This document shows, piece after piece, positions 41,790 to 55,669 of a stretch of DNA of 64,000 bases. Position 1 is the stretch's first letter. Every line of letters begins with the position of its first letter. Source of the DNA: Octopus sinensis (taxonomy: Eukaryota); the NCBI RefSeq assembly GCF_006345805.1, contig NC_043013.1, positions 10,726,001 to 10,790,000 of the forward strand, written 5' to 3'. The position numbers and the translations under genes are program-made. Below the pieces are notes generated by a model. It was not told where the DNA came from. It saw only the letters and a list, made by a program, of their open reading frames with translations, and searched no databases.

Positions 41790-42420
41790 CCAGCGAACTA
41801 GCAGAATCATTAGCATGACGGTCCAAAAGATTCCAGGTACCTCTTTCGGCTTTCTGCTCTGAGTTCAAATTCAGCCGAGGTTGACTTGGCCTTTAATCCT
41901 TTCGGGGTCGATAAAATAAGTACAACTTTACCATTTGAGGCCAATGTACTAAACTAACTCCTTTTCCAGAAATTACTGGCCCTTTTGCCAAAATTAAAAA
42001 TCATTATTAATATTATTATAATTAATGAAGGCGGCGGGCTGGCAGAATCGTTAGCACGACGGGCGAAATGCTTAGCTGTATTTTGCCCGTTCTGGGTTCA
42101 AATTCCGCGAGGTCGACTTTGTCTTTCATCCTTTCGGCGTCGATTAAATAAAGTACCAGTTACGCACTGGGGTTGATATAATCGACTTAATCCGTTTGTC
42201 TGTCCTTGTTTGTCCCTTCTGTGTTTAGCCCCTTGTGGGTAGTAAAGAAATAGGTATTTCTCCCGTCGCTACGTTCTGTGTTTAAATCTGCCGTGGTCGA
42301 CATTGCGTTTCATCCTTTCGTGGTCGATAAATTAAGTACCAGTGAAACACTGTATTCGATGCAATTGATTAGTCCCCTGCCGTCAAATTTCAGGTTTGTG
42401 CCTTTAGCAGAAAGGATTAT
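41790..42420 (+). mobile_element. Cluster of three SINE A copies
   Basis: Core repeated near 41890, 42120 and 42305; the 42030-42256 copy is nearly intact. Confidence 0.85.
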
Positions 42421-42974
42421 GATTAACCGGTTTAGGTTTTAAATTCATACGATTTAGAAATGAGAACGAAATTAAATAAAGAAATTTTGTTAGAGGCTGT
42501 AATAAGGCTTCTTTGCATTAACTTCTCTTTTTCTTTTGTCTATTTTGCATAAGCGAAATAGCTCCTCAATATCGAAGCATTCAACTTGATTAAATATATT
42601 TGTAAAATGAATGAAATAAATACCCATATATAAACAAAAACAAAATATTAATACAGATTAGTTGTAAATTTCGTTACGTGCCTATTTGTGTATGAGAACG
42701 CATTCGTGTGTGCTAGCGCGCACGAGTGTGTATGCAAAGTTTACTGACTGTAAATGAACATACACAAACAGGAATGTTATACAAGCAAAACGGCAGAAAT
42801 TTTAATTAATTTTCGCAAAGCGTTAATAATTAATTAAGCCATGTCATACGTGTAAATTTTGTTTTTTATAATTTGTCAGAGAACTAAGTCCAGTGAAAGC
42901 ATTACTGTCAGCGTTGCTGCTACTGCTGGTTGCTATTATTGGTTTCGAAGTTTGGCACAAGGCCAGCAATTTTG

Positions 42975-43262
42975 AAGCTGGCAGAATCGTTAGCACGCTC
43001 GGCAAATGCTTATCGGAATTTCGTCCAAATTTACGCTGCGGGTTCAAATTCAGTCGAGGTCGACTTTGCTTTCATCCTTGCGGGATCGATAAAATTTAGT
43101 ACCAATTGATCACTGGGGTCAATGGCGTCGACATTCTCTCCCTTCAAAATTGCTGGCCCTGTGCCAAACTTCGAACAATTTTGCCCGGGCTTATGCCTCG
43201 GAGGGTAACTTTCTAGGTGCAATCCCTTCGTCATTCATGATCGAAGATTGTCTTTACCCTTT
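42975..43262 (+). mobile_element. SINE A joined to a family E tail
   Basis: A head and core, then TTGCCCGGGCTTATGCCTCGGAGGGTAACTTTCTAGGTGCAATCCC..CATGATCGAAG, matching the 2412-2490 tail. Confidence 0.7.
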
Positions 43263-44205
43263 AACCTATTCTACAGATACGGATATCTACATTGTGACTC
43301 CTGTGAAATGAGTGAAGAAATGAAACTATTATATATTTTGATGCCATCATTTTGCATCTGCCTTTTGTTTCTTTTTTTAATTATCAGGAATGGTATAGTT
43401 AAAATTGTATTTTATCTCTCCTCAGTCGACAACATAGATAACAGTCATATAATGTGGAGAAGGATTTTGAGTACATCATTTTTTCTCGGAAAAAAGCAAC
43501 AAAAATAAGAAATTAGTATAATGAACTTGTTCCACAGTTATAAAAAGTATTGATTTTACATAGCTCTATGCCAAACCTGTTCGAGCAGATATATGATCAA
43601 AGGTATCCTGGCTGTGATTACCCTGTGCTTTTCCCTCTGCTGAGGACCCGGCTCACTTTTAAATAATGTATAACTCTTTTAAAGACTGCAGGATATATTT
43701 TGAGGTATATTACGTTGCTAATTCTTGCATTCCGAGGACCACATAAATGCTCCCGTGTTTGCTTGCATAGGGATAAATCGAAGTTGCTGATATTAATTGT
43801 GTATTGTTTGTAGAAGTGTGATGGAGGGTCAATGAAATAAGAGACCAGTCAAATGCAGGGGTAGGTTATTTCATCAAATGTAATGGCTTCTCTGAAAGAG
43901 GAGGCATTATGCTTTCTGATATCATCATTGTCATCATTTTTAGCATCAGTGTTCTCCTACTCCTCATTACCATCACGATGGCTTTCATCATCGCTGTTAT
44001 CATCATGGTTTTATCAACGTTATCATCATCATTGTCATCATCGTCATTGTTGACATCTTCCTCCTCAGTATATCAGTATCCTCTTCCTCTCCACCTCTTC
44101 CTCCTCCTTCTCATCATCATCATCTGCAGCAGTGATACCAGCAGTAGCAGTGGCGGCAGTACATCTTTGTAGATGTAATCAAAATTTTACATGTAGTATT
44201 AGTGG

Positions 44206-44255
<50 letters not shown>

Positions 44256-44597
44256 TATGTCGTGAGTGCAGCCGGTAGTGTCGCTGTTCGTCCAATGCAA
44301 TGCTAGACCGTTGAACATGTTCATCAAGAGAGAACATTGGACGGTTTTAACAGCTTTCCGCTTGATGGTTATCTTTTAATCCGGGACCAGGATTAAGATT
44401 AAAGCTGCTGTTGGTTGGTTAGCAATGAAAACAACAATAATAATACAAGCACAAATCCTTTATCCTAGTGTGTGTGCTTGACATAAATCAGTGTTTCTTG
44501 CCACACACGCGCACGTATGTGGGTGCGTGAGCGTAGACAATTGTATATATATAAATAGTGTGTATGTAAGTATGCATGTATATATGTATATAAATGT

Positions 44598-44710
<113 letters not shown>

Positions 44711-44939
44711 GTAATATCAGAGTAAAAAATTTTAGAAATTTTTACTACCAGTGGCCTTTCGTGTAGAAAATTTAGTCAATTGACTATATATTATTCATAT
44801 AAATAGAGTGTACATTGAAACATACAGGAGGCATCAATCATAGGATACCTGGCGCGTTAGAAGGAATAGCCAAAATCCAAACACTATTAGGGATAAATTT
44901 CGAAGGGAATGAAGAATAATAAACATTTACCGTCTATTT

Positions 44940-45009
44940 CCTCGATCATAGTTTCTGACTTTAAATTTGCAAATAAAATCATTTGCTAGGTGAAGTCTTC
45001 ATCAACAGG
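44940..45009 (-). ncRNA. Degenerate type I hammerhead motif
   Basis: CCUG-UUGAUGA-A-GACUU..GCAAAU/AUUUGC..AAGUC-A-GAAA-CUAUGAUC-GAGG. Confidence 0.48.
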
Positions 45010-45084
45010 TAGGCCTAGATTAAACATATAAATACGGGGCAATCCCGCATGTGCCTAGTGCTTATATATTATAAATTTTCAAAT

Positions 45085-45323
45085 CCAGTAGCTCACAGGT
45101 TGCCCTTTTAATACCGCTGTCGAAATCCAGAGCGAATCGCAGAAGGTCCTCGACTCTCTTACGGAAAACAACTTCCAGGCCGAATTCCAAAAGCGGCAAG
45201 AACCCTGGGAGCTGTGTATCGCTGCGCAAGGAGACTAATTCGAAAGAGATGAAGTTTTATGTAAATAATTTCTAATTTTTATTAAACAGAACTAGTCAAG
45301 GAACCTTTTCATGCCACCTCGTA
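45085..45323 (+). mobile_element. Mariner transposon 3' remnant
   Basis: FNTAVEIQSESQKVLDSLTENNFQAEFQKRQEPWELCIAAQGD*FERD (typical mariner C-terminus); terminus GCCACCTCGTA (reverse complement TACGAGG). Confidence 0.8.
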
Positions 45324-45360
<37 letters not shown>

Positions 45361-45361
45361 C

Positions 45362-45487
<126 letters not shown>

Positions 45488-45589
45488 GTTATAAACACAC
45501 ACACCATACTATCATAAAAATATGTGTGTGTCTGTGTATCTATTTATGTATATACATAAAAATAAATAAATCACTAAATCTACAAGTTT

Positions 45590-45747
45590 TCTTTTTATTC
45601 TCTCTCTGTTTATTTTCTCTTATTCCTTCTTGTTGAAGAGCGTAGGCTCGAAACGTAAAAGATTTTCTCACTTTCCCGCGTGTCAAACTAATACACCTGC
45701 TTGTTGTTCATGCACCTGTCATCGTCTTTTGTTTTTCTATAAATTTC

Positions 45748-45750
<3 letters not shown>
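45590..45750 (+). mobile_element. Short repeat with hammerhead-like motif ending in (TA)n
   Basis: TTGAAGAGCGTAGGCTCGAAACGTAAAAGA..CTAATACACCTGCTTGTTG..CACCTGTCATCGTCTTTTG; same family as 26183-26366. Confidence 0.72.
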
Positions 45751-45811
<61 letters not shown>

Positions 45812-46248
45812 CTGAGAGATAAAGATAGATAGCTAGGGAGGGAGAAGGGAGAGAGAGAATGCGAGCGGTGTGTAGTGAATGAAGAAATAAAACCGGGGTA
45901 GATGATATATGATGAATGCAAGCAGTAATATGTGATGAAATAAGAAATGAAAACAACTTAAGAGAGTTATGTATAACACTATATAGGTTTACAGTAAAGC
46001 AATTTACAGTATATTCAGAGATGTATAAGTAATGCGTAGCGCTCTCTAAGTGGAGAATATACAACTTCCGCATTACAGGATTGTGTGTATATATTTGTTA
46101 AATATATAAATATATGAGTTTAAATGTATAAATATATGAGTTTTAGAATTAATACTGACACTAAGAACGGCAGAGTTAATAGTGTGATGAAGATGTTGAT
46201 GATAATACTAGTACTAATATTAATAATGGTAATATATGCATATATATT

Positions 46249-46363
<115 letters not shown>

Positions 46364-46582
46364 TTATCTATATAAACGAAAGAGTATAATTTTAGTTTGC
46401 TTATCTATTTTTAAAACTTCACATACAAGACAAGCATATATATGTATGTATGCATGTATGTACGTGTATATATATGCATGCGTGCGCGTGTGTTTGCGTA
46501 TATGTGTGAGTTTGCATATAAGAGAGTAAAGCCTTCCTTTTAGACATAATATATTACAAGTACGACTTTCCATCATATACAT

Positions 46583-46639
<57 letters not shown>

Positions 46640-47219
46640 CTTATTTTGACTATATATATATATATAATATATATATATATATTATATATATATATATACA
46701 TAAATATATTACAGTTATGTTGAAACAGGTGATACGTGAAAGTGCCGCATTGACGACAAACATTTATGGAGGAAACGATGGTCTAATTTGGCTAATCGAC
46801 ATATAATACGTCCGTTTGGGAGTGGGGTAATGCAATTTTGGAACCCACCGAAAAGCCGTCAATGGAAATACACGTCTTTGAGGCGGTCAGCGCTGCGTCT
46901 AACACGATCCATCGTCTAGTTGACAGCCAAATGAATGGAGGTCTAATGGAAATATTGTACGTAAATGAGTACATTCTGGAAATGGGCTGCAATAGAAGAC
47001 GGAAACGGGGAAGTGAACTGTTGAAATGTTGCAGAAGGCAATGAGTCGACATTGGATTGCTGGTGTGGTTGTAGAATAAGAAACATAAATTGAGCCTATG
47101 CAGTCACATGAGAACATGTAGTAACGAAATACTTGAAAAATAAGACATAACGGCTTACTGCTTGGTTGGTGGGAGTAATTGGAGAATATGCTTTGATACT
47201 GAAGCCCATACAAGAAGCT

Positions 47220-48225
47220 ACTTTTTTGGTGCAATCTTCGGGTTTGTTGGTATTATGCCGAAATGGTATCCATCTTCATTTAAGGCGGCGAGCTGTCAGA
47301 AACGATAGCATGTAGGGCGGCAATGCTTTGCAGTATTTCGTCTGATGTTACGTTCTGAGTTCAAATTCCGCCCAGGTCGACTTTGCCTTTCATCCTTTCG
47401 GGGTCGATTAAATAAGTACCAGTTACGCGCTGGGGTCGATATAATCGACTTAAACCGTTCGTCAGTCCTTGTTTGTCCTCTCTGTGCTTAGCCCCTTGTG
47501 GGTAGTAAATAAATAGGTATCCATCTTCCCCATTCACAAGGAGCAGTGGATACTGGAGCGCATGATAGGATGAAATTACTGTTGGTAAACAATAAACCAT
47601 GTTTTCCCTTGTGGAACAAATGCAAATATAATTTGTTTTTGTTTCCTACTCTAGAGCAGCCAACATATAACTGCCCGTATGAAAAGCATGACTCTTCCAA
47701 CCGAATATCCTGCTACAGACAGTGTTTGACCTTAAAATTTATTGATAGACATTGCAAAGCTAATACGAATAGGAAATTGTACTGTTCTGAATGAAAAAAG
47801 GTATTTCTCCTCCCGATAGAATAGGTGCAAACCTGAGTATGAAAACATCCTCTCTTTTTCCACAGCCAGAGAGAATGGTGACGTTAATAACATGTGGCAT
47901 CATCTTCTTTAGCAATAGGTGCGTCGCATTGCAGAGTGTTCAAAATATCTATATCTTATTTTTTAAAAGAATGGGATGGATCATACCTGAAAGCAGTTCC
48001 TGGAGTTTTGAAGAATGAATTTGAATGTTGTCTATTTCTGAGAGCAATTGCGTCGGACTGCTGTCTAATCTGGTGTATTAAACGCTATTCTAATGATTCA
48101 GCATTATGAATTACTGCATGCTTTAGCTGATCTTGGGAAAGTCTCATCTCTCTTGAGACTCCATTTGATATGCTGCAGCATGCCTCTGCTGATCTTGAGA
48201 AAACCTCATCTCACTTCTCTTGCTA
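47220..48225 (-). pseudogene. Helitron RepHel remnant (STPR-like repeats, PIF1 helicase C-terminus, YxALQYPL motif)
   Basis: LCNATHL..DVFILRF..QFPIRISFAMSINKF*GQTLSVAG..CFSYGQLYVGCSRVG (47940-47644); SYHALQYPLLLVNGEDGY (47570-47518); EMRFSQDQQRHAAAYQMESQE/EMRLSQDQLKHA..AESLE (48222-48085). Confidence 0.88.
47284..47515 (+). mobile_element. Full-length SINE A with 13-bp TSD, inserted in the Helitron remnant
   Basis: GGTATCCATCTTC at 47265-47277 and 47516-47528. Confidence 0.92.
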
Positions 48226-48293
48226 CTTACGACTGCAAAACACATTTTGTGACTTAAGATATTTTGTAGCCAATGCTTTTAATATAATGTATA

Positions 48294-48667
48294 TGGCAGA
48301 AACGTTAGCACGCCGGGCGAAATGCCTAGCGGTATTTCGTCTGTCTTTACGTTCTGAGTTCAAATTCCGCCGAGGCCGACTTTGCCTTTCATCCCTACGG
48401 GGTCGATTAAATAAGTACCAGTTACGCACTGGGGTTCATATAATCGACTTAATCCGTTTGTCTGTCCTTGTTTGTCCTGTCTGTGTTTAGCCCCTTGTGG
48501 GTAGTAAAGAAATAGGTATTTCGTCTACCGTTACGTTCTGAGTTCAAATTTCGCCGAGGTCGATTAAATAAGTACTAGTTGCGCACTGAGGTCGATGCAA
48601 TCGACTTAATTCCTTTGTCCTTGTGTGTCCCCTCTATGTATAGCTCCCTCTGAGTAATGAAGAAATA
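48294..48667 (+). mobile_element. SINE A plus tandem partial copy
   Basis: Intact A body 48294-48520 followed by a second B-box/tail. Confidence 0.88.
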
Positions 48668-49259
48668 TATATTTTTAATACATGCAACGGTCGCTTGAAG
48701 TACTGCCGATGCTGATTTCTCGTCAGGTCGAACCACGTTACTAAAATAAAAATGTACTCATTACAGCTTCACTATCTTAAAAGAGTCTAGGGTGCCGTTA
48801 TTGCTCAACACAACTTCTCAGTATATTTCCCAACTATCATCATTGAGTGTGGTGCCATTTCGCAACGTATTCATATAGCTTCTTGTATCTTATGTATAGT
48901 TAAGCCAATCCTATTCAGGCAGGACGATATTATAGAGAGGACCATAAAGGTATTTGCCTGTAATGATTTCATCTCTTGCAGCATTGTTAAAACGTAGAAA
49001 GGAAAATATTATGTACCATTTTGAAAAGGCGAGGTTGTGATTTAAAGGTTCTTTGATTACTATTTCTAGCTGATCGGAGAGCTACATACGGGAAACCTCA
49101 GTAGATCAATATTCTTAACTTTTCTGCCATTGTTTATTACGTAAAAATGGTATGAACGATTAGAAAATAGATATAGACTGATTTATGCCCGTCCATCTTT
49201 ACACATAACCGAGAAATATCTTAATTATTTCTGCATACATACACATACACTCACACACA

Positions 49260-49301
<42 letters not shown>

Positions 49302-50133
49302 ATATATATATGTATATATGCCTTTATACATATATACAAGCAAATATATACATTTATATACATATATATATAAGTTTGGGTGTAGATATCTATATATACG
49401 TGTATATATATATGTATGCATGTATGTATATATACATATAAATACATATATATATATATACATACACACACGCACACATACATACATATATATAGATAGA
49501 TACACATACACACACACAGATATATACATATATAAGTTCCCCATGCAATCTCGAAGTTTCGGATTTCTCAGTGTGGTATTTTATTATAACTCTCTCTCTC
49601 TCTCCCTCTTACACCTATACACACTCACACATACACACATGCACATGCACACACACACACACAAGCATGCTCGTGACAGAAAGAGGGAGTTGAGCTAGTT
49701 TTACTAGGATTTTATAAATTGGCACTTTAATATATTGCGTGTAAACACAAAGAATTTACAAAATGAGAAATGGCTAAAATTTCGGAGTCTACAAAAATTT
49801 CGAATTCCAGCTGCGTTTCTTAATATATTTGTAAATAAAATGCATTATTAATGTAGCGCAAATTTTCATAATATAAATACAGATTATTTTTCGATTTTTT
49901 GTTTTTATTTTCAAATTAAACCAAAACAAGAAACTACTTAATTATCATTAGTGTAGAAAATATATTCTGGCAAGATTATTTGAATAAAGTATTCTGAAAT
50001 TCCATTAATCAATTTATTACAAGTGGGCATACTTATAGAATATCTCTACTATTACCATCGTCACATACATATGGAGATTCTTCGTATAATTAAGACGGAA
50101 AACTTTCACGATGCAAAAATGCGAAGTAAAGAA

Positions 50134-50174
50134 CCATTTATATTTCGTGCACAAAGGCCCATCATCAGAAGCGG
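50134..50174 (-). ncRNA. Minimal hammerhead motif
   Basis: CCGCUU-CUGAUGA-UGGGC..GUGCAC-GAA-AUAU-A-AAUGG, with a palindromic minimal stem III. Confidence 0.5.
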
Positions 50175-50489
50175 ACGGCTTAAAACAAAGGTAAGTCTAA
50201 AGAAAGCTTAGCTTGTTGATTGCCGTAGAACAATCATCATGAATCACATATAAAGGTAACTGAAGTTTCCTGCATTGTAAGAAGCTCTCAATTTCCCACA
50301 ATCTTTCAAGCAAACTCCAACACTTTCCTGTTTATTATGTACAAGTCTATGTGAATAGTTATTTGTGAGTGTGTAGATGTATGTAAATATGTGCCTGTGT
50401 TGCTAAGTCCGTCTGGGATCAAACATTTTCGACTCCAACAAAATGTTCATCGCTATTTTGTTTCATTTGCTCACCGACACTCGCTGTGT

Positions 50490-50527
<38 letters not shown>

Positions 50528-50537
50528 CACACACACA

Positions 50538-50696
50538 CCGCAGAATTCTTTCAGTGTCCGTCTACCAAATCCACTCACAAGGCTTTGGTCAGCCCGAGGC
50601 AACAGCAGAAGACACTTGCCAAATGTAACATGAAATGGAACTGTAACCGGAACCGTGTTGTTGGGAAGTAAGCTTCTTACCACGCAGCCACGCCTA
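50538..50696 (-). mobile_element. 5' part of SINE family B
   Basis: TTTCAGTGTCCGTCTACCAAATCCACTCACAAGG..CTTACCACGCAGCCACGCCT. Confidence 0.8.
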
Positions 50697-50700
50697 TTAC

Positions 50701-50746
<46 letters not shown>

Positions 50747-50893
50747 ATATCTATCTATCTATCTATCTATCTACTATCTATCATCTATCTATCTATCTGT
50801 CTGTCTATCTATCTATCTCTCTATCTATCTATCTATCTATCTATATATCTATCTATCTATCAATTTCTCTCTCTGTCTCTCTCTCTCTCTCTC

Positions 50894-50934
<41 letters not shown>

Positions 50935-51337
50935 ATATATATATATATACATATGTATATATATATTCATATTATAATGCATATTACGCATACAGCACAT
51001 GCCTTGACTAAATTCGTTATTCAAATTAGAACACAGAAATGGAGCGATAATATTGTCTTAATGTTTAATAAAGCAACTTATTTCAAAAATCAGTTTGAAA
51101 GTCATTTTTTGAATGTTTTCGTTTCGAATTTTTTCATAAACAAAAAAGAAAAACTTCGTGACTTTGATTTGTTTTAAAAATAAATTATCGTTGTTACATA
51201 TTTATTCATTTATTCACCTATTTATTTATTATAAAATCTAATTAATTGATTCATGACCAATCTATTAATTAATTAGCTGAACTTTTGATATCACTGTACA
51301 ATATGGGAATTTTCACCCAGTAATATAACAAGCCTTT

Positions 51338-51548
51338 AAGGCAGCGAGCTGACAGATCAGCACTCCTGACAAAATGCCTAGCATCATTTCTTCCGTTTTT
51401 ACGTTCTGAGTTCAAATTCCGAAGAGGTTGACTTTGCCTTTTATATTTTTATGTTGATAAATTAGGTACCAGTAGAGTATTTGAGTCGGTGTAATCGCCT
51501 AGTCCTCTCCCCCGACTCTGCCGTCCTTGTGGCAAAATTTTCAACCAG
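51338..51548 (+). mobile_element. Diverged SINE A
   Basis: GGCAGCGAGCTG..GAGTTCAAATTCC..GACTTTGCCTTT..GTACCAG. Confidence 0.75.
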
Positions 51549-51819
51549 TATAACAGGCCTTAAGTAAACATTTGTTATATAGAAAATTACAAAAGAAAAG
51601 GAAATAATTTTCGAATGTAAAGTTGCTCCAAGTATAATGAAACGATCGATGGTTAGATCGGAAATGGAAGGTGCTGTAGATTTTACGACTCTTTTCCTTG
51701 GTTTTGGACACTTGCGAAAGCGAGGGAACAGATTACCCATTCTACGTAGATTTGGTCTGAATGTTTGCAACAGAATAAACTCCTTTAAACGTATCCAACG
51801 GCCAAGTAGGAGTGTTAAA

Positions 51820-51984
51820 CGGGCTCTTCTTGTTTCTTTCAATGTTCCTTCATGTGGAAGAGCGTAGGCTCGAAACGTTAAGGACTTTTTCACTTCCCGA
51901 ACATTATACTAATACATCTGTTTGTTGTCTACACCACCTAACTTCGTCTTTTGTTTTTTGGGGTTTTTTGGCGAATTCTCCCCT
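51820..51984 (+). mobile_element. Short repeat with hammerhead-like motif (third copy)
   Basis: TCCTT..GGAAGAGCGTAGGCTCGAAACGTTAAGGA..CTAATACATCTG..CTTCGTCTTTTG. Confidence 0.7.
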
Positions 51985-52408
51985 GATAGATGAATATTAT
52001 CGAGCAAGGACAGGAAAAACCAAAGGGCTTGCGCACAAGTTCCATCCACCCAATTTCACATAGTCTGTATAGAAAAAAGAGAAGTATCCAGTAAGAAATA
52101 GATGGGTGGTGAGATGGGTAAGTAGACGGAGATAGGTGGGTAGATAAACCGAAAGATGGGTAGACAGATAGACAGGTAGATGAATAGATAAACGGGCAGA
52201 CAAACATATATCTAATTCTTTAGCTCTCAATCGATAGCTAGGGGATAGAGAACAGATAACTGGATGGATAAATGCTTAGATTGATGGATAGACATAGCGG
52301 CAGAATTATTGTTAATTAGAAAGATAGAGTAGGCAGTGAGAGGAAGCTATATCAAGATAAATCTAGTGACAGAAAAGGTGCGAGGCAAAGAGAAAGAGAA
52401 GCAGCCAG

Positions 52409-52451
<43 letters not shown>

Positions 52452-53313
52452 CAGGTAGGGAGACAAAAGGGAGAGATTAGAGAAAAGAAGAGAACAGAAG
52501 GAGACGAAGTAATTTAGAGAACAACGGACCAAATGAGAGAAAAGTGAGAGAAAGAAAGAGATCTTGAAAACGAAAGAGAGAGAGAGAGAGAGAGAGAGAG
52601 CAGTGAAAGAGAAGTGTTAAGAAAGAGGGAGAGAGAGGGTGAATGGAAGTGGAAATGAAAGAGAGAATCATCCAGATGTGTATGTAGAATTTTGACAATA
52701 TGTTCAAGATAGTAAAGAGAGATTGGACAGAGATTGGACAGTAACATATTCCTAATGATAATTATATTGATTCTAATTAGATGCCTGGCCTCTATTTGGT
52801 CTCTAGTTGTGTTTGGTCCCTAATTAGGTTCATCGTCAACTGGAACTCCAACGGGTCCCTTCCCATATGGGGAATTGAATTGGTGGGTCAGAAATTTAGA
52901 TATCTGAATAAGGGGATGTTTGTGAGTGCGTGCGGGTCACATTGCTTAATTTGTGGGAATGGTCTAAAGAATGGTCTGCAAGGCTGTCCATAGGGATTGA
53001 AATGAAGAATAAGGGGAAAAAAAAGGCATTGGTTATTACCGTGTTGGTGTTGGTGACGGAGTTGATGGCGGTGGTGATATTGATATTGTTGTTGGTGGTG
53101 ATGGCGATGCTGATATGACCGTTTCGTTACTTATTTTCCTGGTGGTGTGCTGCTAGTGATGACGGTTGTAGTTTGGATAATAGTCAGAGGAGTGGCGGGG
53201 ATGCTAATGGCAATATAAAGGTGGTGGTCGTGGTCGGGTGGTGGTGTTTACCTCGGAGTCCGTGACGGTGGTATTCATGTCATCCTTAATGACGAGTTAG
53301 AGCAATTGATTTG

Positions 53314-53345
<32 letters not shown>

Positions 53346-54487
53346 GATGGTAGTCGTGTCATCCTCAATAGTTGATGAGGGATAGAGAGAGATGATGGGG
53401 TTGTAGAGGCGGTAATGATAGTGTGGGTAATATTAACATCTCTTGATTTTGCGGTGATGCTGGTAATAATAGTGGTGTAAATCGTTGTGGTCAGTGAAGG
53501 TGGTACTGATGCGATGTATGGCAGTGAAGGTTTTGTTGTAGTTATTTTTGTTGTTGTTGGTGCTGGTAATGATGGTGGTGGCTGTGGCGGTGGTGGTTGC
53601 AGATGAGGTACGTATTATGGAGCGCATAAAAGTGGTGATGGAGTTGGATGTAGCACTTACAGAGTAGGGAGGAGTTATGGAAGAGAGGACGTTGTTGGTG
53701 GTAGTGTTTCGTGTGTCGATGATATAAACAGAATGTTACACTACTGGAAGGTGAACTAAATAGGATTTTGTGTAAATAATCTTTCAAGGACGAGGGGAAA
53801 GCTTCAATAAACTCTCAAAGAAGCAACAATCATAGCAACGAAATATAAAGATACAACCCAACACAAAACATAAGAATCAAATATAGCAAAAAGGTATAAT
53901 AAATAATACTGGGAATATAACATTTTTAACAACTACATATTGTAAAAAATCAGGGCAAGAAAGTATAGAATAAGATAAAAGGCAAAATACAGCAAAGGAA
54001 CGTGAGAAAACGTAACGAAAGAAATAATCCTGAAAAGAGTGGGCAAAATGCCTGAAAAAGAACAAAAAAAACATCACGAAACATAATAACAACACTTACC
54101 GAAAACGTACGAGGGAAAAAACACAAGGTATAACAACAAAACAACTATAATAAATCGTAACAACAAAATAAATAACGAAGCTTTACAAAACGTAACAATT
54201 TAAAAGAAACGTAAACGAAAACTATTTTTAAAAATGATAACAACACTTTATAAAGCAACCATAAAACAGATGCAAAAACACTGCAAGAAAAATATAACAT
54301 CGAAGAACAATATCACAACATTGTAACAAATATAAAAAAAAAGTCTCAGATATAATATTAATTATATTACAAAAAATATATAAGAAAACACAATGAAGAA
54401 CATCAACAACAATAAGGAAAATAATGTTTGTATATAAATATATGTATATATGTATGAATGTATACATGTATGTGCGTATGTATGTAT

Positions 54488-54561
<74 letters not shown>

Positions 54562-54645
54562 GTATATATATGTATATATATATATATATGTATGTATATG
54601 TATATATTTATATGTATATATATATATACATACATACATATATAT

Positions 54646-54690
<45 letters not shown>

Positions 54691-55244
54691 ATATACAAAT
54701 ATATATATATATATAAACCTGTATGTGTGTGTGTGTGTAATCAAAATATAAACTACACAATCATACGCAAATGTAAAAATAAATGGTGATTATGAATAAG
54801 AAAACATCGCGATAATATGGCGGCGGATGGTCATCCTAATTTATGGACATTTTACTTCATTAAAACATCTAAGGTGGAGTATATTAATAACGAAAGAATG
54901 CGTTCTCAAGTAGTGTACTGGGTGGTTGCATCAATAACAGTACGCTGAAAAATGCAGACGGAAAAGAGATAAGATGATCCTGGCAAAAAAAGAAAAAGAA
55001 AAAATAATGTAGTAGTATTAGTAGTAGTAGTAGTAGTAGTAGTAACAACAACATCAATAACAACAATAGCAACAACAATAATAATGATAACAATCCATTA
55101 AGCAAAATAAGATAATGTAAAACAATTCCGGATATTTTTGGTATTATATTATACATTTGTTCGGTTCCTGTCTATTATATTATGTACTTCACGCAAAAAA
55201 TACGCACCTAAACACACACGTACGAGCACGCACGCACACACATG

Positions 55245-55275
<31 letters not shown>

Positions 55276-55454
55276 TCATACACTCATGCACGTAAGCACA
55301 CGTATACACATACTTACATACATGGCTTCATTCATTAGACTCTAGCTATACTAAGGCATTACCTTAAAGATGTTAGAGACGGGAATCAATCCAGGTCTTA
55401 TTTCTTACGTCACCACTTATGCTATCGGCCCTTTTTTACATTTTGATATACTTA

Positions 55455-55669
55455 ATTCTTTACTGCCCAGAAGGGGCTACACACCGAGGGGACAAACAAG
55501 GACAGACAAACGGATTAAGTCGATTATATCGACCCCAGTGCGTAACTGGTACTTATTTAATCGACTCCGAAAGGATGAAAAGCAAAGTTGAGGAATTTGA
55601 ACTCAGAACGTAGCGGCAGACGAAATACCGCTAAGCATTTCGTCCGGCGTGCTAAAGTTTCTGCCAGCT
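55455..55669 (-). mobile_element. SINE family A
   Basis: Tail, core and head match 426-656. Confidence 0.88.

Noticed and set aside
51462-51893. 143-aa basic minus-strand ORF
   Set aside because: It starts and ends inside repeats, and no domain is confidently recognisable.
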